Assembly (NCBI GenBank): GCA_964547645.1
Contig: CAZJOM010000013.1
Location: forward strand, 1,982-65,981
Length of the DNA: 64,000 bases
Reading direction: 5' to 3'
Source: an uncultured Flavobacteriaceae bacterium
GTDB taxonomy: Bacteria; Pseudomonadota; Alphaproteobacteria; Micropepsales; Micropepsaceae
The number at the start of each line of letters is the position of its first letter. The stretch's first letter is position 1. The notes below the pieces were generated by a model. The model was not told the DNA's origin. It made no database searches and saw only the letters and a program-made list of their open reading frames with translations. The position numbers and the translations under genes were made by a program. This document shows, piece by piece, positions 1 through 8,254 of this stretch.

Positions 1-1
1 A

Positions 2-541
2 CTTCGCGCCCGCGGCAATTTCGACTCTGCCCAGTCGGGCGCTAAATGCAGACCCAACATCCACGCCAGCGCTGACTGCTGATTGTCCAACCGCAGCGGG
101 ACCTCCCACCGATGTCGTTAGTAGACCTTCAGAGTAGTGGCGCAGGACTCCTGTAGCCATCAGCTCAGGATCGCCACTTGCGGCGCCTATAACGAATGTT
201 GGAACGCCACCTCGACTGGATCCGTAAATGTCTTCTGCAACCGCTTGCTGCTGACCCGTGGAGAACCCTCGCGGTCCCATAAAGTAGTCTTCGTAACCAG
301 TCCCTTGAAGCATCCAGTAGTTGTCGTATCGACCGTCGGTGCCTGTCGGGTCTGTCTTGTTTACCGGATCGTTCCCAACATAGGCGTATATGTTGAGGTC
401 GTCTTTGCTGCCGATCGGGTCGGTTTGCATGAAGCGGGCTTGGGCGTCGCCGAGGAAGGCGAGAGTCAGGGCGGCGATCAGTGTGAGGGCTGCGATCTTC
501 CAGGACATCGGGTGGGGGCTCCGGCCGGTTGGTTCGATCAT
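2..541 (-). CDS. Exported protein with an RHS-core tip motif directly after the signal peptide; partial, C-terminus lies left of the window
   Basis: Minus-strand frame is open from the in-frame stop at 575-577 to the window edge, so it is absent from the ORF track. ATG at 541 overlaps the TGA (538-540) of the upstream gene as ATGA; alternative ATG at 508. Translation: (MIEPTGRSPHP)MSWKIAALTLIAALTLAFLGDAQA-RFMQTDPIGSKDDLNIYAYVGNDPVNKTDPTG-TDGRYDNYWMLQGTGYEDYFMGPRGF... Confidence 0.6.
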   Translation of the reverse strand, partial: MIEPTGRSPHPMSWKIAALTLIAALTLAFLGDAQARFMQTDPIGSKDDLNIYAYVGNDPVNKTDPTGTDGRYDNYWMLQGTGYEDYFMGPRGFSTGQQQAVAEDIYGSSRGGVPTFVIGAASGDPELMATGVLRHYSEGLLTTSVGGPAAVGQSAVSAGVDVGSAFSARLGRVEIAAGAK

Positions 542-1506
542 TGGATGGGCACTTCGAGGGGTGTCGCGCCGAGATCACGAGCGGCATTCGTGGCGTGATC
601 CTGCGCGTTTGCGAGCGCGATCAGTTCGGGTTTGCGTGCCGGCGGAATGTCGCTGGCGAGCAGGTACCTGTTGCGGAAGTCGCGGTCGATCATGTCGCTG
701 TAGGAGGCGGCTTTGGCCTCCCACGCGGCGGCATACTTCGGATAGTGTTTGAGGAGCAAGTCCGCGACGCGGATGGCTTTCTCGAACTGCTTTTCGCGCC
801 GCGCTCCTTCGAGGACGACCGTTGCCATGACGGCCAGGTTTTCCTCGCGCGTCAACCATCCGAGGTAGACGCCGTTCGTCACCGCCTTGTCGGTCATCGG
901 GAAGTTTTCGCGGTAGTGGGCATCGCGCGCCACATATGCACCGCTGGTGGCTTCAAGGTTCAACGTCATGCCCAGGCCTTTGGGCCGGTATTTGAGGAGA
1001 ACATGTGCGGGTGCCGTTGACAACGACATCTCGAAGCCCAGGCGGTCCGCCAGGATCAGGTAGAGTATCGGCATCGACACGCAGTTACCTCTGCGCGTGT
1101 CGAGGTATTTGCTGAGGAGGCGGTTCTCCATCCGCGTACCGAGCGGGTCCTTCAGGTCGTACGCGAAGGGACGGTTGTCGTTCCATTCGCCGCTCTCATA
1201 AATGAAGCGGCGGATGGCGGTGAGCAGGACCTTGTCATCCGGCTTAGGGCCGGCCAATGCCTTGATCTTGACAACCACTTCATCGATCTGGCGCAGCCGC
1301 GCGGCGACGTTGATGGTCGGGTCGACCATCTTGTCGAAGGTCAGCTTGGCTTTGGCGTAGTCCGTCTTTGCGGCTGGTGCGGACAGGATCGCGTCAATAG
1401 TAGCTAAGGAGGCTGACTGCTCGCGGGCAGCCTGCTTCGCGTTCGTGTCTCCAGTGACCGCAATGTGCGCCACGAAACATAGTACAATGAATGAGACCGT
1501 CCTCAA
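538..1506 (-). CDS. Exported transglutaminase-like (SirB1/Transglut_core2-like) protein with C-terminal TPR-like region
   Basis: Track ORF 538..1602 begins at a TTG. An in-frame TTG at 1506 has a GGAG about 7 nt upstream and gives a signal peptide (MRTVSFIVLCFVAHIAVTG). The core RRGNCVSMPILYLILADRLGF...APAHVLLKY matches the transglutaminase-like Cys-fold family. Start is uncertain (1506 or 1602). Confidence 0.75.
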   Translation of the reverse strand: MRTVSFIVLCFVAHIAVTGDTNAKQAAREQSASLATIDAILSAPAAKTDYAKAKLTFDKMVDPTINVAARLRQIDEVVVKIKALAGPKPDDKVLLTAIRRFIYESGEWNDNRPFAYDLKDPLGTRMENRLLSKYLDTRRGNCVSMPILYLILADRLGFEMSLSTAPAHVLLKYRPKGLGMTLNLEATSGAYVARDAHYRENFPMTDKAVTNGVYLGWLTREENLAVMATVVLEGARREKQFEKAIRVADLLLKHYPKYAAAWEAKAASYSDMIDRDFRNRYLLASDIPPARKPELIALANAQDHATNAARDLGATPLEVPIQ

Positions 1507-2148
1507 TTTGCTTCTCCAGCATTTGAGTCGATCTGAGCAGACTACGCTCGTCGGACAATTTGAGAAGCACGCAGAGCGCGATCTGCACAATTTACTTTTC
1601 AACCTGACAATGGCGGTCGAGATTTAGCCGGTCACAGCTTTCGCCTGTGAGGCGAATTTGACGTACGGGAGTCGAGGCGCCTGCGTTTGTGGCTCTGGGT
1701 CCCGGATAGTGAGGCTCGTACGTCTGTTGCTTCGCAACGGGCTCGCCTAACTTCCGGGATGACAGTGATTTTTGATTTGGCGTTTTGGCAGCCGAGTTTC
1801 GGGGACATATCGCACACTTCGAAACCCGCTAACCCGAGCGCACGTCATCGTCGTTGGGGTCAGACCCCGCCTGCTGCTCAATGATTGCGCTTGCTTTTTC
1901 AAATGATTTGTTCTATTTCTGTTCCGACCGTCAACAGCAAGCTCTTTTGGCGGTTCGATGTGCTGGGAGGAGATCGCCGCGTGTACACGCGTTGGAGTGT
2001 CTGTGACGCATGAAATGGCTGAATTCTGCGGATGCGACGCTGTTGACGGCGGAAAATGCCGGAGCGGTTTCTGCACCTAACCTCCGGGTACATGGGGTTG
2101 TTTGCTGAAATTCTTCCCCCCTACCCCCTCCCTCAGCGGTGAGGTGGG

Positions 2149-3150
2149 TCAGGTGTGGCCCATGACGCGTTTTGGTTTGTAGGGTTCTTCGAGGGTTTTG
2201 ATGTCTTCGGCATCGAGTTTCAGTGTGAGTGCCGCACTGGCGTCTTCGAGGTGGCCCGGTTTGGAGGCGCCGATGATAGGGGCGGTGATTGCGGGTTTGG
2301 TCAGCATCCACGCCAAGGCCACTTGGGCGTTGGGGCGGCCGTGTTTCTGGGCGACGCTCGTCACCCGCTCGACGATCGCGAAGTCTTGGTCGCGGTAGTA
2401 GAGCATGTGCGCGAACTCGTCACTTGCGGCGCGCGAGGTTTCGGCGTTGGCGCCGCCGCCCTTTGTGTTCTCACCGGCTTTGCGGTTGCCGGTGAGGAAG
2501 CCGCGGGCGAGTGGGCTCCACGGGATGACGCCGACGCCTTCCGAGAGGCAGAGCGGCAGCATCTCTCGCTCCTCCTCACGATAGACGAGGTTGTAATGCG
2601 GTTGCATGGAGACGAACGGGGCGAAGTTGTTGGCGCGTTGAATGCCCAACGCCTTCATGAACTGCCAGGCGTACATGGACGACGCGCCGAGGTAGAGCGC
2701 CTTGCCGGCCTTGACCACGTCGCTCAACGCTTCCAGCGTTTCTTCAAGCGGCGTTTCGTAGTCGAAGCGGTGGATCTGGTAGAGGTCGATGTAGTCGGTG
2801 CCGAGGCGTTTGAGACTGGCGTCGATCGACTCCATGATGTGCTTGCGCGAGAGGCCGCGGTCGTTCGGTCCCTTGCCCATGGGGCTGCAGACCTTGGTCG
2901 CGATGACGACTTGGTCGCGCCGGGTGAGGTCTTTCAGGGCGCGGCCGGTGACTTCCTCGCTGGCGCCCAAGGAATACACGTCGGCCGTGTCGAAGAAGTT
3001 GATGCCAAGATCGAGTGCTTGCTTGAAGAACGGACGCGAGGCGGTGTCGTCCAGCACCCAGTCGCGCCACTTCGGCGTGCCGTAGGTCATGCAGCCGAGG
3101 CAGAGGCGCGAGACTTTGAGGCCGGTCTTGCCGAGGCGAACATAATCCAT
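2149..3150 (-). CDS. Aldo/keto reductase family oxidoreductase
   Basis: Track ORF 2149..3624 trimmed to ATG 3150 (MDYVRLGKTGLKVSRLCLGCMTYG). AKR motifs INFFDTADVY and LGTDYIDLYQIHR are present. Confidence 0.9.
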   Translation of the reverse strand: MDYVRLGKTGLKVSRLCLGCMTYGTPKWRDWVLDDTASRPFFKQALDLGINFFDTADVYSLGASEEVTGRALKDLTRRDQVVIATKVCSPMGKGPNDRGLSRKHIMESIDASLKRLGTDYIDLYQIHRFDYETPLEETLEALSDVVKAGKALYLGASSMYAWQFMKALGIQRANNFAPFVSMQPHYNLVYREEEREMLPLCLSEGVGVIPWSPLARGFLTGNRKAGENTKGGGANAETSRAASDEFAHMLYYRDQDFAIVERVTSVAQKHGRPNAQVALAWMLTKPAITAPIIGASKPGHLEDASAALTLKLDAEDIKTLEEPYKPKRVMGHT

Positions 3151-3201
3151 GGAAATTCTCCGTGCGTTTCGCCATCTTTGCGCGAAACGGGGAGGAATGC
3201 C

Positions 3202-3609
3202 ATGGCGAAGAGCTGGACGGAGAAGCTGACGGGTGCCAAGCCCGCGCACGTGGCGACGATGACTGCGGCTCTCTGGGGGATGCGGAAGGGCGACAAGCTC
3301 TTCATCGCGACGCCCACCATGGTGCGCGATTATATGAAGAAGATCCGCAAAGGCTCGTCGCGGACGATCGAGCAGATGCGGGCAGACTTTGCCAAAGCCA
3401 ACAAGGCCGATGCCACTTGTCCGATGACGTCCAGTATCTTTGCGCGCATTGCCGCGGAAGCCGCGATCGAGGAAATGGAAGACGGCAAGCCTGCGGATAA
3501 GATCACGCCGTTCTGGCGTTTGATCGACGAGAAGAGCCCGATTGCGAAGAAGCTTTCGTGCGGAGCTGCGTTCGTTGCCAAGATGCGGCGGCAGGAAGGG
3601 ATCGGCTAA
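3202..3609 (+). CDS. Small conserved hypothetical protein, possibly MGMT/Atl-like DNA-binding fold
   Basis: Last 135 codons of track ORF 2155..3609. ATG 3202 is preceded by GGGGAGGA. CP....IFARIAAEAA...TPFWRLI weakly resembles the PWHRVV region of the MGMT family. The function call is weak. Confidence 0.6.
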   Translation: MAKSWTEKLTGAKPAHVATMTAALWGMRKGDKLFIATPTMVRDYMKKIRKGSSRTIEQMRADFAKANKADATCPMTSSIFARIAAEAAIEEMEDGKPADKITPFWRLIDEKSPIAKKLSCGAAFVAKMRRQEGIG

Positions 3610-3613
3610 CGCG

Positions 3614-4474
3614 ATGAACGTCACGCGCTACGCGGACGGACAGGTGTTTTGGCGCGACGTGGCGACGCCGCTAAGTGCGCGGGCGGTGCTCAACAACGTG
3701 TTCGTCGGCGTTTCGCATCGCATGCGCAAGGAGCTGCGCAAGGACTTACTGCGCTTGGGTGTGTTCGACATCAGCGAGTTGGTGCTGGGCGCGCTCCGGA
3801 CGCCGCCGCACCGTTTGAATCTTGCGCATACAGGCCGCGGGATCGCTGGGCTTGACGCGTTGTTGCGCCGCCTTGTGGACGATGAAGTTGCGATCCCGGG
3901 CGTTGTCGGCGAGCGGGTGGTTGCGGAGACTTTTGCGGCGCGTTGGGTGGCGGAAACCGGGCAAACCATCTCGACGCGCGAACGGCATGGTGCGGCGCAG
4001 AACCTCTACGAGGTGACGCGCGTGGTACCGCCTGTGCGTGTTGCCGGTGCCATGCGGCCGGCGCGGCGGGACGAGCGGGAGATCATCTTGCGCTGGGAGA
4101 TGGCGTTCAGCGTCGATGCCGGGTTGCCTGCGGCGGAGCGCGAGGCCGACTACATAGCGCGGTTCGTGGATGAAGGCCTGGGCGACGGCACGTTCTTCGT
4201 TTGGGAGGTCGATCGCACACCGGTCGCGACTGCGCGGTTGCGGCGGGTGGCGGAGATCGGGGCGCGGGTATCGGGCGTCTACACGCCTAACGAGCGGCGC
4301 GGGCATGGATACGCCGCGGCGCTGACCGCCGCGCTTTCCGAGCGGGTGCTGGCGGCGGGCCAGTGGTGCTGTCTGTTCGCGGATGCCGACAACCCGCTCA
4401 CCAACCGCATCTATCAGCGGATCGGCTACACGAAGGTTGCGACGTTCGCGGACATCATGTTCTCTGACCCCTAA
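3614..4474 (+). CDS. GNAT family N-acetyltransferase
   Basis: ATG 3614 (MNVTRYADG) within track ORF 3542..4474. C-terminal GNAT motif A: VYTPNERRGHGYAAALTAAL, then NRIYQRIGY. Confidence 0.8.
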   Translation: MNVTRYADGQVFWRDVATPLSARAVLNNVFVGVSHRMRKELRKDLLRLGVFDISELVLGALRTPPHRLNLAHTGRGIAGLDALLRRLVDDEVAIPGVVGERVVAETFAARWVAETGQTISTRERHGAAQNLYEVTRVVPPVRVAGAMRPARRDEREIILRWEMAFSVDAGLPAAEREADYIARFVDEGLGDGTFFVWEVDRTPVATARLRRVAEIGARVSGVYTPNERRGHGYAAALTAALSERVLAAGQWCCLFADADNPLTNRIYQRIGYTKVATFADIMFSDP

Positions 4475-4493
4475 CAAGGTATCGGAGTCGCGC

Positions 4494-5630
4494 ATGGCCT
4501 ATTTGAATTCGGCTTTGGTGGGTATGGTTGGCGGCGCGCGTGCGTTGGCGACGCCTGCGCTCGTGCTCGATCTCAAGGCGTTCGAGCGCAATGTCGCGGC
4601 GATGCAGGAGCACTGCAATCGCGTGGGGCTGAAGCTGCGGGCGCATGCGAAGACGCACAAGTCGGTCGAGATTGCGCGGCGGCAAATCGCGGCGGGCGCG
4701 GTCGGACAGTGCTGCGCGAAACTCGGCGAGGCGGAGGCGTTGGCTGAGGGCGGGATCGACAGCTTGCTGATCACGTCGCCGGTGGTGACGGCGCAGGGGT
4801 TTGCACGGATCGCAAAGCTCAATGCGCGGCTGAACGATTTCATGATCGTCGCCGACAGCGCGGTTTGCGTCGATGGCTACGCGCAGGCGGCGCGCGAAAG
4901 CGGCAAGCGCTTGAAGGTGCTGGTCGATGTCGACATCGGGCTGCACCGCACGGGCATCCGGCCGGGCGAGCCGGCCTTGGCGCTCGCCAAGAGCATCGCG
5001 GCATCGCCGCAGCTGCAGTTCATGGGGCTGCAAGGTTATGCGGGCCAGCTGCAGCATGTGCCGGAGTTTCCCGACCGGCGCTCGCAGTCGCTGGCCGCGC
5101 TCAAGTTGTTGGGCGAGACGCGCGATCTGATCGTTGCGAACGGCATCCCCTGCCCCATCGTTTCGGGTGGCGGCACCGGCACGTACAACATCGACGCCGA
5201 GGCGCAGGTGTTCACGGAGCTGCAGGCGGGCTCTTACATCTTCATGGACAAGCAGTATTGCGAGGTGAAGATTGCGAATGCCGCCCCACTGCCATTCGAG
5301 ACGGCGCTGTTCGTGCAGTCGACAGTGATCAGCGCGAACATGCCGGGCCTTGTCACGACCGACGCGGGTTTGAAGTCGTTTGCGACGGAGGCCGGTGCGC
5401 CGGTGCTTCATGCGGGGGCGCCGGAGGGGGCGAACTATTTCTTCTTCGGCGACGAGCAGGGCGGGATCATGCTAGGCGGCACGGACAAGCATTTGCCGCT
5501 CGGCAGCGTCGTTAGCTGCACGGCGCCGCACTGCGATCCGACGGTCAACCTTTACGACGCCTATCATGTGGTCGATGGCGACAGGTTGGTTGCGATTTGG
5601 CCGGTCGATGCGCGCGGCCGGTCGGCGTAG
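4494..5630 (+). CDS. DSD1-family PLP enzyme (D-serine dehydratase / D-threonine aldolase-like, alanine racemase N-terminal fold)
   Basis: ATG 4494 (MAYLNSALVG) within track ORF 4383..5630. TPALVLDL...RAHAKTHK (PLP-lysine context); C-terminal HCDPTVNLYD. Confidence 0.8.
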   Translation: MAYLNSALVGMVGGARALATPALVLDLKAFERNVAAMQEHCNRVGLKLRAHAKTHKSVEIARRQIAAGAVGQCCAKLGEAEALAEGGIDSLLITSPVVTAQGFARIAKLNARLNDFMIVADSAVCVDGYAQAARESGKRLKVLVDVDIGLHRTGIRPGEPALALAKSIAASPQLQFMGLQGYAGQLQHVPEFPDRRSQSLAALKLLGETRDLIVANGIPCPIVSGGGTGTYNIDAEAQVFTELQAGSYIFMDKQYCEVKIANAAPLPFETALFVQSTVISANMPGLVTTDAGLKSFATEAGAPVLHAGAPEGANYFFFGDEQGGIMLGGTDKHLPLGSVVSCTAPHCDPTVNLYDAYHVVDGDRLVAIWPVDARGRSA

Positions 5631-5633
5631 CGC

Positions 5634-6638
5634 ATGAAAGCAGTCGTTCTTCGCTCGTTCGGTAGCGCCGACAACTTCGTCGAGGCGGACCTGCCGATCC
5701 CGGATCTGCGTAGAGGTGAAGTCAGAATCAAACTCAAAGCCGCGTCGTTCAACCCGGTGGATTGTCAAATTCGCAAAGGGCAGCCCGAAAGCACCCATGT
5801 ACGCTCGATGATCCTTGGCCGCGATCTTTCGGGTGTCGTGGACGCGGTCCATGAGGATGTCAGCGACTTCAAGATCGGCGACGAGGTCTTCAGCTACGTG
5901 TGCAATCTCGCCAGCAGCGGCACCTATGCGGAATATGTCTGTGTTCCGGCGGAATTGGTGGCGCGGAAACCGGCCGCTCTGACATTCGAGCAAGCCGCTG
6001 CCGTACCGGTCGCCGGTATCACCGCATGTCTTGCCCTCAGCAAGACGCAGACCGGCGCGTCGAAATCCGTCTTCATTGCTGGCGGCGCCGGTGGCGTTGG
6101 GACATTCGCCGTCATGTTGGCGCGCCAGCTTCGCGTGCGCTCACTCGTCGCGACAGCCGGGAATGCCAAGAGCCGCGCCCATCTCATCGAGAACTGCGGG
6201 CTCAGGGACGAGCAGGTCCTCAACTACAAGGACGACGACTTGGTCGCTCAGGCACTGCGGCGCAGTGACGGCGGGTTCGACGCGGTCTTGGACTTGGTCG
6301 GTGGGAGAATGCTGTCGGTGTGCTGTACTTTACTTGCCGTGGACGGCCATCTTGCCTCGGCGACGGAAGCGCCGAAACACGACGATTTTGAAGTTCTGTT
6401 TGAAAAGAATGCTTCGTTTCATTCGGTCGGCGCACACGCTTACTCGCTGCGGAGCAACCGGAATGCATGGCTGGCTTATCGGCGGTCGCTTGATCACCTT
6501 GGCGGCCTCTTCGACAGCGGCGCCCTGGCGGCACCGGCTACCCGAACGCTCGGGGCGTTGTCCCCCGAGGTGGTTCGTCAGGCGCATTTGCTGCTGGACG
6601 CAAACGCCGTGCAGGGAAAACTCGTGATGAGCTTTTAG
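5634..6638 (+). CDS. MDR-superfamily NAD(P)H quinone oxidoreductase / zinc-type alcohol dehydrogenase-like
   Basis: 334-aa ORF. GEVRIKLKAASFNPVD and the cofactor motif IAGGAGGVGTFAVMLA are present. Confidence 0.85.
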   Translation: MKAVVLRSFGSADNFVEADLPIPDLRRGEVRIKLKAASFNPVDCQIRKGQPESTHVRSMILGRDLSGVVDAVHEDVSDFKIGDEVFSYVCNLASSGTYAEYVCVPAELVARKPAALTFEQAAAVPVAGITACLALSKTQTGASKSVFIAGGAGGVGTFAVMLARQLRVRSLVATAGNAKSRAHLIENCGLRDEQVLNYKDDDLVAQALRRSDGGFDAVLDLVGGRMLSVCCTLLAVDGHLASATEAPKHDDFEVLFEKNASFHSVGAHAYSLRSNRNAWLAYRRSLDHLGGLFDSGALAAPATRTLGALSPEVVRQAHLLLDANAVQGKLVMSF

Positions 6639-6738
6639 GCCCGGCGCCTCGCCCTATCACGGAAACTGAACCGGCCGTTCATCGGCGGTTCATCGCATAG
6701 TTCCGAGAATTTCCGGGGACCTTGGGGGAGGTTGAAGA

Positions 6739-7212
6739 ATGGGAGCACAGGTCATGAAACTCTTGAGCAGATTGATTTTCGGCGCGATGGCCCTTTGCGC
6801 TGCGACCTTCGCCACGGCGGCGTCGGCGAAGGCGGACGATTTCGGCGTCTTTATCGGGACAAACGGCTTCGGCGTTCAGTACAGCAACTACGACCGCGGC
6901 TATTACGGCTATGCGCCGGTCTATCACGGGACCTACGGCTACAATCGTGGGTACGACCGGTGCCGCGATCGCTGGTACCGGCGGCATCACCGGCATTGCC
7001 GGAGCTATGGCGGATACGGGTACTACGGTAGCTACTATTATCCGGGGTACTACGGCTACGGCTACTATCCGCAACATCGTCGGCATTACCGGGGCCATTG
7101 GTATCCCCGGCATCAGTGGAGAGGCAACTGGGGACACCATGACGGTTGGCGGAATGGGCGTCATGGACATGGCCACTGGCGCGGCGGGCACGGCCGTCAC
7201 GGCGGACACTAG
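6739..7212 (+). CDS. Secreted Gly/Tyr/Arg/His-rich low-complexity protein
   Basis: GGGGGAGG lies 8 nt upstream of ATG 6739; second ATG at 6754. Signal peptide MKLLSRLIFGAMALCAATFATAASA. Mature part is dominated by GYYGY/YGY repeats and ends HGHGHWRGGHGRHGGH. A strong terminator follows. Confidence 0.6.
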   Translation: MGAQVMKLLSRLIFGAMALCAATFATAASAKADDFGVFIGTNGFGVQYSNYDRGYYGYAPVYHGTYGYNRGYDRCRDRWYRRHHRHCRSYGGYGYYGSYYYPGYYGYGYYPQHRRHYRGHWYPRHQWRGNWGHHDGWRNGRHGHGHWRGGHGRHGGH

Positions 7213-7223
7213 CGGCGTTTCGA

Positions 7224-7248
7224 GGGGGAGCCCGGGCTCCCCCTTTTT
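7224..7248 (+). terminator. Rho-independent terminator (GC hairpin plus T5), usable from both sides
   Basis: GGGGGAGCCCGGGCTCCCCC followed by TTTTT, immediately after the stop at 7212. It abuts the stop of the convergent gene at 7247. Confidence 0.8.
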
Positions 7249-8080
7249 AGTCGCGCTTCAAGTACCCGTCCAGGCCGACGATCTCGTTGTAGCCTTTGAA
7301 CGTGACACGATCGATTGTGGCGTCGGGCTTGCCTCTGAGTAGTCCGGTGTAGACACGCTCGGCCGTGCGCGCTGCGGCCAGCAGGGCAGAAATCGGAAAC
7401 AGGACCAAGCGGTAGCCCAGCGACCCAAGTTCGGTCGCGCTCAGCATCGGCGTCTTGCCGTCTTCGACCATGTTGGCGACCAGCGGGGTGCCTTTGAAGC
7501 GGTCCGCGACGAGGCGGAGTTCTTGTTCGCTTTGCGGTGCTTCGACGAAGAGGAGATCGGCGCCCGCCGTGAGATAGGCTTCGGCGCGGCGAAGTGCTTC
7601 ATCCATGCTGACGACACTGCGCGCGTCGGTACGGGCGATGATGAGGAAGTCGCCTGAGGTTCTGGCGCGTGCCGCTGCACGAACTTTTGCGGCGCCCTCC
7701 TCCAGCGTCACCACTTCCTTGCCGTCCATGTGACCGCAACGTTTGGGGAGGACTTGGTCTTCGAGCTGAATGGCGGCGGCGCCCGCCTGTTCATAGGCGC
7801 GCACGAGGCGCTCGACGTTGGCGGTGCCGCCGTGGCCGTTGTCGCCGTCGGCGATCAACGGTGCGGGTGCTGCGGCCGCCGCGAGCGCGCGGACGCGCTC
7901 GGTCATTTCGGTGGCGCTGACGATGCCGATGTCGGGCACGCCGAGGTGCGATCCGGCGACGCCGAAGCCCGTCATGTAAACCGCTTCAGCGCCGGCGCGT
8001 GACGCGATACGGGCGGTCAGCGCGTCGTAAGCACCGGGGGCGATGAGGACGCCCTGCTGCAGACGATCCCGTAGAGTCAT
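7247..8080 (-). CDS. Isocitrate lyase / PEP mutase superfamily protein (methylisocitrate lyase / carboxy-PEP mutase-like)
   Basis: 277-aa ORF. MTGFGVAGSHLGVPDIG, IADGDNGHGG and QLEDQVLPKRCGHMDGKEV are typical of the ICL/PEPM family. Confidence 0.85.
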   Translation of the reverse strand: MTLRDRLQQGVLIAPGAYDALTARIASRAGAEAVYMTGFGVAGSHLGVPDIGIVSATEMTERVRALAAAAAPAPLIADGDNGHGGTANVERLVRAYEQAGAAAIQLEDQVLPKRCGHMDGKEVVTLEEGAAKVRAAARARTSGDFLIIARTDARSVVSMDEALRRAEAYLTAGADLLFVEAPQSEQELRLVADRFKGTPLVANMVEDGKTPMLSATELGSLGYRLVLFPISALLAAARTAERVYTGLLRGKPDATIDRVTFKGYNEIVGLDGYLKRD

Positions 8081-8083
8081 GAC

Positions 8084-8254
8084 CTACTCATCATCCTTTA
8101 CAACATCCGGCACGCGTTCTTCCGCGGGGATGGCATAGGCGCCGGTGAGCCAGCGCGAGAGGTCGACGTCGGCGCAGCGTTTGGAGCAGAAGGGGCGGAA
8201 GCGGAGTTGTTCGACCTCGCGCTTGCAGATCGGGCAATGGGAAACTTGATTCAT
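8084..8254 (-). CDS. yacG: DNA gyrase inhibitor YacG (zinc ribbon)
   Basis: 56-codon ORF, too short for the track: MNQVSHCPICKREVEQLRFRPFCSKRCADVDLSRWLTGAYAIP... Shows the CPxC...FCSxRC..DLxxW pattern. Its ATG overlaps the rng stop as ATGA. Confidence 0.85.
   Translation of the reverse strand: MNQVSHCPICKREVEQLRFRPFCSKRCADVDLSRWLTGAYAIPAEERVPDVVKDDE

Noticed and set aside
1958-2080. 40-codon Cys-rich mini-ORF (MCWEEIAACTRVGVSVTHEMAEFCGCDAVDGGKCRSGFCT) in the lower-GC gap; considered as a RiPP-like or Cys-knot peptide precursor next to a transglutaminase-like protein
   Set aside because: There is no SD, and third-position GC is much lower than in real genes here. No modification, cyclase or export genes are nearby, and it is divergent from the transglutaminase-like gene. 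Probably chance, and only worth revisiting if it is conserved in relatives.
2155-3201. First 349 codons of the 484-aa plus-strand track ORF 2155..3609
   Set aside because: It is antisense to a well-supported aldo/keto reductase and has no motifs. Only the last 135 codons (from ATG 3202, which has an SD) look like a real gene.
6679-7209. 176-aa Pro/Val/Ala-rich ORF antisense to the Gly/Tyr/His-rich gene
   Set aside because: The frame is kept open by the repetitive codon composition. It has no SD and no signal peptide, and the terminator orientation and SD favour the plus-strand gene. It is not formally excluded.
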